From NCBI RefSeq assembly GCF_036971445.1, contig NC_091472.1:250480001-250544000 (forward strand): a stretch of DNA of 64,000 nt. The letters are read 5' to 3'. This DNA is from Narcine bancroftii. Taxonomy: Eukaryota. How positions within the stretch are numbered: position 1 is the first letter of the stretch; every line of letters starts with the position of its first letter. The notes below the pieces were generated by a model. It had not been told where the DNA came from. It worked only from the letters and a program-made list of their open reading frames with translations, and made no database searches. A program made the position numbers and the translations under genes. Below are positions 48,167 through 61,149 of this stretch, one piece after another.

Positions 48167-51100
48167 AAGGTAAATTGGGCTAAAAGTGAAATTTTGTCAA
48201 TTTGTAAAGATGATTATTCAATATATAAAAATATTACGAAATTGAAGTGGACAAAACAAATTAAATATTTGGGAATTAATGTCAATACAGAATATCAAGA
48301 TTTATATTCAATTAATTACCTTCCTTTAATAAAAAAGATTAAACTAGACTTGATTAGGTGGAAGGACTTACCTTTAGGTTTATTGGGGAGGATTAATACT
48401 ATAAAAATGAATATTTTTCCTCGGATGTAATATTTATTTCAATCAATTCCTTTTTTTAAGGATTTATACAAAGCAGTTAGAGAATTTTTATGGAAGGGAA
48501 AATTTCTGAGGGTAGCAATGAAAAAATTGATGTGGGACTTTCAATTTGGAGGTTTGAGATGACCTAATTTTCAATATTATGAGGCAGCTCAATTTAAATT
48601 TCTTAGTGCACTAATGAATATGGAGGATCCGCCCAGTTGGGCAAAGATAGAACTGGCAGTTATTTTAGAAAAATCTCCACGTGAATTTTTGTTTCAATGG
48701 AATAAAAATTTGTTACGAACTTATGATGTACCAATATTGAAACATTTATTGAATCTATGGAAGAGTAAACTTGACAAAATGGGGCTTAAAAATAAATGGT
48801 CTGGGCGATTGCCATTATATAATAATCAACTTGTTCCTTTTACGGTCTCCAATATCACTTTGAAACAATGGGAAAGGAAAGGAATCAAAAGCTTATCTGA
48901 TTGTTTTTTTGAAGGATGTTTTTGTTCTTTTGAGGAATTACAAAGGAAATTTGGTATTAGTGGAAATTCTGTATTTGTGTACTATCAGTTAAGATCATTT
49001 GTAAAACAGATATGTGGACGGCAAATGACTTTATTACCCGAAACTAGCTTTGAGAAATATTTACTTTCAGTACCAGAAAAGGGGTATATATCTGATTTGT
49101 ATTGTATTTTACAAGAAAATGAAAGTAAGAAAGATTGGGATAAAGATAAGTTGAAAATGGGGAAAAAGATTTAGGTTCTACAATAGCTGAAGAAGCTTGG
49201 ATGGAAATTTGTCAAAACAGTATTCGGAAATTGATTAATGCTAGATTACCGATGATTAATTATAATTTTATACATCAATTATACTTAACACCAGAAAAAT
49301 TAAAAAAATTTGGTCTTAGTAAGTCAGATTGTTGTTTTCGTTGTGACCAGACAGCCAGTACTTTTTTACATACTGTCTGGTCCTGTGACCGATTACAACA
49401 GTTTTGGAAAGGTATTCAATCTATATTTAATAGATTATATAATATTTGTGTTGTATTAGATCCTGATATATTTTTATTAGGGAATATGCAATCATTAATT
49501 GATTTAGGATTAAATAATTATCAGATTTCTTTTATCTATTTAGCTTTAGCAGTGGCCAAGAAATGTATAGCGTCTACTTGGAAAGATAAAAATATACTAA
49601 CTTTGGACAGGTGGTATTTAGAGATGAAGTCTTGTTTAATTATAAGATGTCTTTTTATAAGTTGAAGTGGACTCCATTTGTTAAGTATATGCAATTAAGT
49701 TTGATTTAAGTATGCTCTTAGATGTGATATTTTAGATCTGATAAATCTTTTTTTTAATTATTTTTATTTGTCATATTTTTTCTTTTTTTTGTGTGTTTTT
49801 TTAATACATAATATTATTAATTTTACTAATTCTTCACTCTTTATTTTGGGGGAGGGGAAGGGTGGTTTTTTTTATATATATAGATTTTTAGTTCTTGTAT
49901 ATGTAGGGGGGGTTTAGATTGAATTAAGTTAGGTTATTAATGTTGTATTGTAATTATATTATTTTATTTTATATCTTTTCTTTAAATGTAATCTTTCTTT
50001 TTATTCCTGTGATAAAACCTTTAAATAAAGTTTTAAATAAAAAGATGCCTGCTCTCCCTGCTGAGATCTTTGAGCAGGTTTCCCCCCCCCCCCCCCCCAA
50101 GTTTCCTGCATTTGCATTTGCTCTTGAGTGTAATAGGCCCACTGGTTTACAAAATTGCACAATTCCCACATCAGTACATGCTCAAAAGATGTTTTGATGG
50201 ATATGTGGATTGGAAAAGGACATGGATCTAATGCAGGCAAATGGTTCTAGACCAGAATGTCAATTTGGTCAGCATGAACAAGTTAGGCCAAAGGGGCTGT
50301 TCTTTGTGTTATGTGACTATATGTTCATCTTGTCTACAAAAATACTTGTCAATCATTTTCTTGAAACTGATTCATTAATCATTATTGCTTGTATCTATGA
50401 AAAAAACCACTAAAAATTAAATTTTGCTCAATGTACAAAGTTAATTGCATGAATTTCTGTCTTATTTGAATAAGAATCAAAACTTGGAAAAACTAACATT
50501 CATTTAAATAAAAATTTTTAAAATCAGCAGATGCTGGAAAACAAATAAAAAAATTGGAAATGTAGGAAACACACAGCAGGTCAGGTAACATCTGTTAAAA
50601 GGAAAACTGTTGATGTTTCAGGTCCAACAGACTTCATCAGAACTGGTAGTAACAGAAAACAATTTGGTTTTAATTTTCAAAGACAGGGGAAAGGATGGAT
50701 CGAACAAAGAGAATGTCTCTGATGGAGTGAGGCCAGGTTTGCTCTGTGGATAACTGTAAATTAGGTAATTGGTTGGTTGTTTAAATGGGAGCAGTTATGG
50801 AGAGAAAACATTGACTACATTCCTAAAATGAATGCAGCTGGGCAGAGAAAAGAATGTAAAAGTTATGAAGTCCAGAGCTTTAGGACATGCCCAAAGATTC
50901 AGGCTGTGCGAATTGAAAAGAGAAAAAAACCTCAACAAATATTACTAATGGATGACTTATCTTGTAAGAAATGTTGGTTTCTTCCATGTTCACTGAGATG
51001 GAGACATTAAGAAAGGGAAGGGACAGCCAGAGATTGATCATATGAAAGTGAAAGCAGGGGAATGAAACAAGGAGAAAAGATGAAGTCAAAGCAGGAAGAA

Positions 51101-51942
51101 GTGTTTCAATTATAAGAACAGGCTGAAAAAAAAATGTATCCTCAGACAACCCCTCATGGATCTTTGGCAAGAGTCTTGTGGAACACTTGTATGTTGTCTG
51201 AGCTTCCCACTATCTACTACTTTAATTCTCAATCCCACTTTTAATCTGACCTATCAGTCCAGTACAAGCTTGAGGAACAGCATCTCAAGTTCCGCATGGA
51301 CAAGTTGCAGCTGTTTGGATTCAATATTGAATTCTATAACTTAATATCTGTCTTTATCAGTTGTCCACATGTGATACTAACTCAAGCAAACAATGAATAG
51401 CTGGAGGGACTGTGTCAGGCTGAGAGAAATCCATGGAGAGAAATAGTTAACATTTTGGGTCAGGATTTCTGCTGAGAACTGATTGCTTAGGATCAAAGAG
51501 GGATAAACAAAAGGCATGGTGAAAATACAGCAAGGAGTGAGACTGGGGGAGAGGTGGGGATCAGAGAATGAAAGAAAAGAAAGATCTTGAGAGTTACTGG
51601 AATTCAAAAGTTTGCAATCTTTACTATTTGTAGGAAGAAAAAGGGTAATCTATTGCAGCACCATATACAATGAAGAATAATGTGGACTGCAGACTAGGAT
51701 AGACATTCTCTTTGTCCTATTCATCTCCATCCTCTCTCCAACTTAATACTAACTTGGTATCCTGCATCCTAATGTTTGACCTGAACATTTCCCTTTCCAC
51801 TCTGCCTGAATTACTGAGTGTTTCCTGAACTTTCAAGAATTGGCTTCTTTGAGAGAAAACCCCAGTTATCAGAGCAAAAAGAAATGTAAACATTAGAAAT
51901 TAAGTTATGCAAAGGCATTCCAGATGTAATTAGAAAAGGCAG

Positions 51943-54900
51943 TGTACTGACAATAACCACACCAGCAGAGTGTGTACAAGACAGCTTTAATAAACTAATA
52001 TGTACACTAAGAGGTCTTGTCTCTCTGCAAGACGAACCTGGAAGGCTAGAATGTAGCTCTGGACTGCTTTATATACAAGGTCACTGGGATGACCCCTGGT
52101 GACCTAGTGGTGTAATTACATATCACCACATTCACCCCCCCTTAAAAAAATTGTTATCCCCCCGCCACCCCCCCCCTCCTTCCCTTGTTTGTAAGTTCAT
52201 AAGTCCAAAATTTTTCATGGTTTCTGTTGCCTTCTGGACCTCCTTGGTAGTGGTATAGGGGTGGGGAGTGCAGTCTGCCTTTCGGCCTTTCTCGGTGGAG
52301 GTGTGGGAGTGGGAAGTACTAAATGGCCATGTGGCTGTGTGGGCTGGGGATCCTCTTGATTGGGATTAGGTCCTGCCATCAAGTCTAGGGTGGTGATATT
52401 TTGTGGGGTGGGTGTACCCAGGGTCCTGATTTCTGGGGTGGGTGGTATAGTCCTCTGGGGTGACTTGATGGACGACTGTTCTAGTGACTGCTGCTGTACT
52501 CCTTGTTGATCCATAGACATCTGAGTTTCCTCCACATTGTTCACACAACCGACCGGCGCGAGATCCCTGGTGGCCACCGAGTCTTCTCTTCCATCTGGAA
52601 ATGTGATGAAGGCGTACTGAGGGTTCGGGTACCTCAACTCCACTTGATCCACCAGCGGGTCGGCTTTGTTGGATCTGCAGTGCTTCCGGAGGAGAACAGG
52701 TCCCGGTGTCATCATCCATTTAGGCAGCACTGTGCCTGTCATGGCTTTCCTTGTGAAAGAAAAGATATGTTCATGTGTGGTCATGTTAGTGGGAGTACAC
52801 AACAAAGAACGTATAGAGTGTAGGGCTTCTGGCAACATTTCTTGCCATATAGTAATAGGCAGGTCTTTTGCTTTTAAGGTCAAGAGGACCGTTTTCCAGA
52901 TAGTTGCATTTTCCCTTTCGACTTGTCCATTCCCCCTGGGATTTTAACTTGTAGTGTGGCTGGTAGCAATCCCTCTCTCGTGCAGATACTGCTGTACTTC
53001 TGCACTCATGAGTGTAGCACCCCTGACTGTGTGTATGTAGTTCAGGTACCCAAATATGCTGAAGATGGGTTGGAGGCATTTTATAACAGTGGCTGCTGAT
53101 ACATCAGAACACGGGATTGCGAAGGGGAAATGGGAATATTCATCTATTAAGTTTAGGAAATAGACATTTCTATTATTGGACGGGAGCAGGCCTTTAAAAT
53201 CGAGGCTGAGGTGCTCAAAAGGTTTGGTAGCTTTTATCAGGGTGGCTTTGTCTGGCTGGTAAAACTGCAGTTTGCATTCCGCACAGATGGGGAAGTTCTT
53301 GTTCACTGACCTCACTTCCTCTACCGAAAATGGGAGGTTTTGGGTTTTAATGGAGTGAAACAGTCTAGTGACCCCCGGGTGGCCCAGCTCATTGTGTAAG
53401 GTCTGCAACTGGGACGTGTGATTAAGGATGGCACAAGTGGCCCTGGACAGCACGTCCGGGGACTCGTTGAGTCTCCCGGGGCGGTATAGAATGCCGTAGT
53501 TAAATGTAGACAATTCTATCTGCCAGCGCAGGATTTTGTCATTCTTAATTCTCCCGCTGTTCTGGTTATCGAACATAAAAGCCACAGACCATTGGTCCGT
53601 GACGAGGGTGAAGTGTTTGCACGCCAGATAATGTCGCCAGTGCCTTACTGCTTCCATAATGGCTAGGGCCTCCTTCTCTACTGCTGAGTGTCTTACCTCT
53701 GACCCCTGTAGAGTTCGCGAGTAAAAGGCCACCGGTCATCCATCTTGGTTTAGGGTGGGTGCCAGAGCCACATCGGTTGCATCCGTTTCTACTTGAAATG
53801 AGATTGACTCATCTATGGACTGCATGGTAGCTTTAGCGATATGGTCCCTAATGTCCTTTAATGCTCTGGTAGCTGCTGGGCACAGTGGGAAAACTGAAGC
53901 TTTTATAAGTGGGCAGGCCCTGTCAGCGTAGTTGGGGACCCATTGGGCATAGTAAGCGAACAGTCCCAAACACCTTTTTAGTGCTTTCAGCGTGTGTGGC
54001 ACTGGGAGGTCTAGGAGATGGCACATACGGGCTGGGTCTGGGCTGATTTCCCCATTCTGGACTATGTAACCCAGGACTGGCAACTTCCTGGTACTAGAGA
54101 CGCATTTGTCTCTGTTGTATGTTAGGTTCTTTCCTCGGCTGCCTGGAAGAAGCATTTTAAATTCATGTCATGATCCTCCTGAGTGTGGCCACAGATTGTC
54201 ACTTTGTCTAAGTAGGGGAACAACGCTTTCAGTTGGAACTCATCTACTATTCAGTCCATTTCTCTCTGAAACAGGTGACACCAAAGGGGAGTCGCAGAAA
54301 TTGAGACAGCCTGCCATCTGCCTCAAATGCCGTGTAAATGCGATCGTTGTTTCTCATGGGCAGTTGGTGGTATGCTGCCTTCAGGTCTATGGTGGAGAAC
54401 ACCTTATAGTGTGCAATGTTGTTGATCATGTCTGCTATGCGTGGCAGGGAGTAGGCATCTAGTTGTGTAAATTTGTTGATTGGCTGTAATCCACTACCAT
54501 GCGCAGTTTTTCTCCTGACTTTACTACAACCACCTGGGCTCTCCAGGGGCTGGTGTTCTGCTCTACGATGCCCTCCTGTAGTAGCCTGCAAACCTCTAAT
54601 GAAGGCTCTGTCCCTCGGGCTGTACCTCCTGCTCTTTGTGGCTATTGGTGTGCATTCTGGGGTCAGGTGTGTGAACAGCGGAGGGGGTTCTATGTTCAGG
54701 ACAGACAGGCTGCAGTGTTGTTGCTTCATAAGGCGTAGTGGGGGGTGAGGCCCATTGTGCACTATTGTAATGCTTTCTATCTGGCCCTGGAGTGGTCGGG
54801 AATCCTGCACATACGTGGCGATCGGGAGCACGACTTGTGGAGATCCTTCCACCCACGCTTGTAGAGGCCCCTTTCTGATTGGTTCGGGGTTTAGGGTTGG

Positions 54901-55345
54901 CGGCGCCTGTACCGACAAACCCAAGGGCAGACAGGGCTCTTGGCTGTTTCTTACCTGCCCTATCATACTTCTGTGGTCTTCCCCGCATTCCACCACGATT
55001 CCAGTACAGCAGTCCCTCGCCATCTTTGTCCTCAGATGCACGTGCATGCTAGTCGTCACCGGTTTCCATTCCTCGGGAAGAGTCTCCAGGTGGTCGGGAA
55101 TGCACATTGGAGCAGAAGCAGCTTCCATCCTAATAGCTATCATATTAGTTTATTAAATTGTACTGACAATAACCACACCAGCAGTGTGAGTATAAGACAG
55201 CTTTAATAAACTAATATGCACACGAAGAGGTCTTGTCTTTCTGCAAGATGAACCTGGAAGGCTAGACTGTAGCTCTGGATACTTTATATACAAGGTCACC
55301 GGGATGACCCCTAGTGACCTAGTGGTGTAATTACATATCACCACA
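51943..55345 (-). mobile_element. Gypsy/Ty3 LTR retrotransposon with both LTRs, internally deleted and degenerate
   Basis: LTRs TGT...ACA at 51943-52130 and 55159-55345 (about 94% identical by hand count); 5-bp TSD GGCAG at 51938-51942 and 55346-55350; PPT at 52131-52143; RT (FSTIDLKAAYHQ, LPFGVT), RNase H (ETDATD, EKEALAI, TDQ) and integrase (H..LGHPG..C..C, LDFKG, GQVE) remnants. Confidence 0.95.
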
Positions 55346-55659
55346 GGCAGCACCAGTACGAATTATTGGCAAAATAAATATTCATTAAAAACTTTAAAAC
55401 TTTCCCATTTCTTAAATAGTAAATGTCTCAAAGTACATATTGTTTCTGGTTGAAACAAGTAACTATACACAAAATGTTTAAAGGGATTATTTTGTCCCTG
55501 GATGCCAACATTAAATCCATGCTTGAGAAGAGACCACTCGCTTCACTCAATTTCATACATACAGTTCCATTAACTCAGACAATAGTGAATGAGCAGAAGC
55601 GAACACAACCAGTTGCTGATACAGTCATTTTGCTCAGTGCTATTGACGAAAGACAAATT

Positions 55660-56830
55660 AATGGGAAGCTGGGTGGAGTGTTCACCGATATCTTCAACCT
55701 CTCTCTCCAAGTGGCTGAAGTACCCACCTGCTATAGGAAGGCCATTATTATCCTGATGCCGGAGGAATGAAGTGATGGGCCTAAATAACTCAGGGGTGGT
55801 AGTTCTAACATCCACCATCATGAAGGGCTTCACGTGGTTAGTCATGGCTCACATTAACTCCAGCCCTCCAGCCACCCTCGACACACACCAGGTCAACAGA
55901 AGATTCCATCTCCATGGCCTTGCACTCATCCAAGAACACCTGGAAAACAAGGACACCTACATCAGATGATGTTTCACTGACTATAGGGCTGCCTTCAGCA
56001 TATTCATCCCAAATAGACTCATCTTCAAACTACATGACCTTGGTCTCAGCACACATTTCTACAGTTGGAGCCATGACTTCCTATCCCGCAGGCTGCATCT
56101 TCTCCATGGTCATCCTCAACATCTGGGGTGTACAACTCTGTGTGCTCAGCACCCAACTATGCACCTCTATATGTGTGGCCAAACACTGCTCCAACTCCAT
56201 CTATAAATTTGAGGATGACACCACCGTCATGGATAGGAGCTTCAATAACAAAAGGGAGATAGAGGCCTTGTCCCAGGACACCAATCTCTCCCTCAAGGTC
56301 AGTAAGACCAAGGAGCTGGTCAACCCCTGAAAGAGTGCTGGAGATCACTCCCTGGTCTACATCAACAGGAATGAGGTAGAGATTGTCAACAGCTTTAAGT
56401 CCCTAGGTGTAAACCTCTCCAATGAATTGTCCTGGTCCACCCATGTTCATGCAATGGCCAAGAAATCTTTTCAGTGCATGTACTTCCCCAGAAGCCTGAG
56501 GACATTTGGTGATGTTACCAGCATTCCTGACCACTTCTACAGGTGCATCAATAAAAACATTCTATAAGGGTGCATCACTGCAGGGTACAGGAACTGTCCA
56601 CTCAAGATTACAAAAAACTTCAGGGGGCTGTGAACACAACTCAGGCCATCACATACACTCTCTTCCCTTCCATCGACTCAATCTATAACATTCCCGGTCA
56701 ATACATTAAAAGACTCATCCCATCCCACCTACATTCTCTTCCCATCAGGTCAAAGATTCATTAGTGTGAGTTCACGCACTGCCAGATTCATTTCTTTCCC
56801 ACTGTTATCAGACTCCTGAATGAACCTCAA
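55660..56830 (+). mobile_element. Degenerate Rex1/Babar-like LINE
   Basis: VFTDIFNLSL..VPTC, YKFEDDTTV, SKTKELV and FKSLGVNLSNELSW remnants. Confidence 0.7.
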
Positions 56831-58016
56831 AATAGTAAAATTGTGTTGCCTTTGCTCTGTACCATCTGATTTATCTGTGTAACTCTACACGTCTGTTCAG
56901 TGTTCACTATTTTTGAAATGTTTAATCAATCTGCTCACAAAACAACCCCTCTCTGAATCTTGAGACATGAGACAATAAACTTGAATTCAAACATGTTTTT
57001 AAAAAAAGGTTAATATATCAATGAAAAGCTAAGAGATTTATATAGTCCCATAATTTTGAGGAAGGAGTGAGTTGGAGCAGGAGACAGAAATGGTCAGTCT
57101 TAGCACCAGGAAAAGGGAAACCTAGTAGGATATTGGAGAGCTAAGCAACAAGTGGAATTAAAGTAATTTGGATATTAATTCAAATGAGAAGAGAGACAGA
57201 TAACTTTTCAAGTCAATGAACCTTCATCAGAACTGTGCAAATAAATAAAAGATCATGAACCCGAAATACTGCTCGTTTTCCTGTGCATAGGAGAGGCCAG
57301 ATCTGCTGAGCATTGTCATATTTTCTGTATTTTTTTAGATTTCCAGTATCTGCAGTATTTTTTCATTTGTATTTATATATGTAATCTTTTTGTAATATTA
57401 CAAGGTTAAGTTCATCATAAGGAGTGGTGCATGTGCCTGAAAGAGTAAAAGTGATTCAAGCATGTGAGAGGTAATTTGATGAGTTTCTGCTGTGGCAGTT
57501 GCCAAACTTCATTATTCTGCAAATTTGGAACTTAATTATTGTCCATGGACTAATATCACACATATGTTAGAAAGACTAAACTCAAGAGCTGAAACAAAAT
57601 ATCATGGTTTTATTTAAGAATTATTTGAGCTATTCGGCCAGCAGATGAGATCAAAATATTTTGAACAATGCAACATATTATCAAGGGGGATTAAAAAACA
57701 CATGCTAAAAAATACCAGTTTTGGCTGTTGCAGATTTTAATCCACTCTATTGTTTATGTTGGAGCATTGAAATATTCAATTGTCAAAATATGCAGCAGAT
57801 CACAGCAGCTTACCCTCAAAAATTCTATCACGTAACATTTAACACTCGTTAAATGTGCTACCTGGATTATGTTCAGTCTCTTAATATGAATAAAACCTTA
57901 CAAAAACAGCATGTAATTTAAAACTTTATGTTGCAATAAATCGATCACTGAAAAACTGAATAAATTTTTGCTTGAAATTAACAATGGACATATGCAAAAT
58001 GAATTGAAAGAAAATA

Positions 58017-58238
58017 TAGTAAAATCTCCATTATCTGGAATTCAAGCAAGCAGCAGACTCAAGCAACTGGCAAAAAAAAAGCAGAAAATAATAGGTAAAA
58101 AATACAAAGGTTTAAAATTGGCACCCCTAGTGGTCAGTTTGCCAATCACACAACACACAATCTCAAGCAAGCGGAAAATTAACTCATCTGGCATCTACCA
58201 ATCCCCATAAGTGACAGATACTAGGGGGATTTTACTGC
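58017..58238. mobile_element. Tigger-like MITE
   Basis: TIR-like tagtaaaatctccattatctg / cagatactagggggattttactg; homologous to 20677-20934. Confidence 0.65.
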
Positions 58239-58829
58239 AGTGAAAATGAGATTGAACATAATCCAAGTAGCATGCAACTAATCTGCATAGTTTGATCATA
58301 GAATATTTCAATTCTATAACAAATAACTGTATTGTAAGTAAGCATGCCTTGACAGGTTTTAGTTTTCATTATACAAGAGGATTTAATTTAGATTGTCAGA
58401 TTAATAGCTCATATAATTCTACCATGAAAATTATCCTTCTAGGTATTTATGGCTTGAGCTTGGACATTGTAAGACAAGTGGCTTTTGCACTATCAGAACA
58501 TAGGCATTGAACATTCCCTTACTATGGGCCATTCTTTTAAGGATTGATTCATCTTACCAACTCCTGCTTAGAGTTGTAATAGACAGAAAATTTGAGCAAG
58601 TAAAACCATACATAAAGGCAAGGGGATGGCTGGTATTTTGGGTTAAGATCCTGCATCGGGACTGAGATGGGGAGATAGAATAAAAAGATGAGGCAAAGGG
58701 GAGTGTCAGGAGTTGATAAACTAAAAGTGGCATTCAAAATCACAGAGGAGGAGTAGTGAGATAGGGTGTCAAAGAACTCCCATTGAAGGGGGGAGGAGGA
58801 ATACTCTTTCAAAGTGGGCATATCTTCGT

Positions 58830-59290
58830 TTATCATCTGACTGTACATATACTCCAGATGAAATAGCATTCCTCCAGATCACAGTGCACACACATAAACA
58901 CAATAAATGGCACATAATAGTCACATACAGAACATACGTAAAGATATAATTTAAAATAAATATAGAAATATTTTGGAATAATTTCCTCACTTCATTTATA
59001 GAGAACCAAGGATACAAGATGCCATTCGTCATTCTCTCAGCCTGCAGGAAGAAGCTACAGCCCAGCCTGGCAGTCCTGATTTTGATGCTCCTGAACCTCC
59101 TTCCTGATGGTAGTAGGTCAAATATACTGTGGGCTGGATGGTAGTGGGTCCCCAATCATTTCTTGGACCCTATTTCAGCATCACTCCCTGTGAACATCGT
59201 CAATCGAGGAAAGGGAGACCTCAGAGATCATCTTAGCCATTTTAATGATTCCTCTGTTTTGACTTCTAGTTCAGTGCTTTGCATCTTCTA
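58830..59290 (-). mobile_element. Rex1/L2-like LINE, 3' fragment
   Basis: HPAHSIFDLLPSGRRFRSIKIRTARLGCSFF motif followed by a 3' tail. Confidence 0.65.
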
Positions 59291-60167
59291 TATCTCAAGG
59301 GTCTTCACATGGAACAGTATAATGGAGACACAAGTAACTGCAGATGTTGAAATCTGAAGCAAAAAACAAACTGCTGGAAGATCCCAGCAAATCAGGCAGC
59401 ATGGTTGAGATTTTTGAGTTGAGGTTTTGGATCAGGATTGAGGGTATAAAGTGGAGAAGCATAAATAAGAGCTGTTTGAACAAAAAGCAGCTGAAGAATG
59501 CCAGCTTTCACTGGACATTGATCATGTTAATTCTGTTGACAATTTAAATTGCCGACTATTTCTAATATATTAGAGAGTGAATGAGGGACATACTTTTAAT
59601 TTTGTTTTCTGGAATTTTTTTAATGATAATCTATGATTTGGGTGTTGTAGATCATCTGAATATTGCTGAATTATTTTGCTTTTAGCTTAATGCTGTGTGA
59701 TATGTAAATTGTGGAGAAACACATGGCCTCCCTGCCTGCCTGGAATATTGTGGTTTGCGGGTGGTCATGTCTCCTCTCCGTCTGAAACTTCTTCAGAAAT
59801 CACATGACTTGTTGTGACGGTTGGACTCTGGTCACCCATTAGTGCACACCTTGCTATTGGCTCATTTAAATTACCTAGGGTCATTATTGGCGAGGTGCCC
59901 AGATCAGAACTGTATATAACATAAATGCATAGCACATATCTTTCTCTTTGCCTCATAGTCAAAGCTCAAGACATCAGTCCATGTCAGGCTGCTACTGTAG
60001 ACATTGCTGGAAATGTGACGGGTAAGATAAAGTGTGCACTACATTTAATCTGAGCCCTAGTACTGCAATAGATCAGTGCTTGCAGAGAGCCACCCACTCC
60101 ACCACCCCACCCCCCCCCAAGTTGGTACAGGGAACCAGGAGTGTACATTTAAGTCCCTGTTTTATTG

Positions 60168-60336
60168 GAGAGTGTTAGTAACCATATATTACTTAACAAC
60201 TGAGCTGCACTTCGAGGTACAGGGATCGGGAGTGTCTGCTGAAGCCCATCTTGTTAGAGTGTGTTAGTAACCCTATATTACTTAACAATGAGCCACACCC
60301 CAAGGTATAGGGATCAGGAGTGTCTGCTGAAATCCC
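60168..60336. repeat. Two-copy ~88-bp tandem duplication
   Basis: gtgttagtaacc.tatattacttaacaa..gag..ggta.agggatc.ggagtgtctgctgaa occurs twice. Confidence 0.75.
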
Positions 60337-61149
60337 TGTCTGTGAGTGTGTACACATGCGGAAGGGTGTAGATAGGCAGTCACTGGTATCAGTGTCATGT
60401 CTATAGTTGTTAAGTAGTAGAGTAATTAAGTATCTAGGGGAGTGGGTGATGTCTGGGCCTGATGTCCCGCTCACTCAGAGAAAGTGCATGCATAATACCT
60501 TTCTCAGTGTAGTGATCACCACCTGGCCACTGTCTGGCTTGCCAGGCAGGAGATCACTGCAAATGGCTTCCCCTACATTATTGCGTTCATAGCAACACCT
60601 TCTCGTTGGTGTCCCTTGTTTTCACTGAGTTTGCTACGTCATGGTGTTACTGAGTGTCTGGTGGTATAACTGGATGGGTAGGCTGGACTCATTACCCTTG
60701 TTTGGCAGTCAGCCTAAGAGAAGGAAAACTGATTTCAAACCCAGGCAGATGGGGCTCATTAGCCTCGTCAAGCCATTCTTCGAAGAAAAGGACACTATGA
60801 CCCAAGGACCTGGCTGTCACCATCCAAGCTTGCTAGGCCATGGCATATAAACACTTGGTTTGTAAAGGATGGGGCCAATACTGCACACATTACAGTACAC
60901 CTAAAAAAAAATCCATTGAGCAGGCTCGGACATGCCCATGTCTAAGATCCTTCCTAAATCTTCATTCATGAAGCCAAGCCATGAATTAAATATCATTTGA
61001 CATTCTCCTTTCTTTGCCTTCCGTATGTTAATTGAAATTACCTGTGATTGTAACACTTGTGTCCAGTCTCGTCTCTCTGTAAAAGCACCATTCTTCCAAA
61101 CACTACATGCTGATATTTGGAATATGTAGCCTTGGATCTTCAATGTTAA

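Larger units (their letters stand above)
45866..50042 (+). mobile_element. 5'-truncated L1/Tx1-like LINE (45866-45945 and 48167-50042) split by the RTE insertion
   Basis: The frame SGYKVNW|AKSEIL rejoins across the insert; YLGINV, GRINTIKMNIFPR and CFRC..TFLHTVWSC motifs; A-tail; near-TSD AGATGC(C)TGCTCTC at 45853 and 50043. Confidence 0.88.

Noticed and set aside
60168-60336. CRISPR-like or regulatory repeat array
   Set aside because: Only two degenerate adjacent copies with no unique spacers, in eukaryotic context.
57000-61100. 5' end of SLC40A1 (ferroportin) with its iron-responsive element, expected from human synteny
   Set aside because: I found no convincing IRE stem-loop or ferroportin coding exon by eye; it may lie outside the window.
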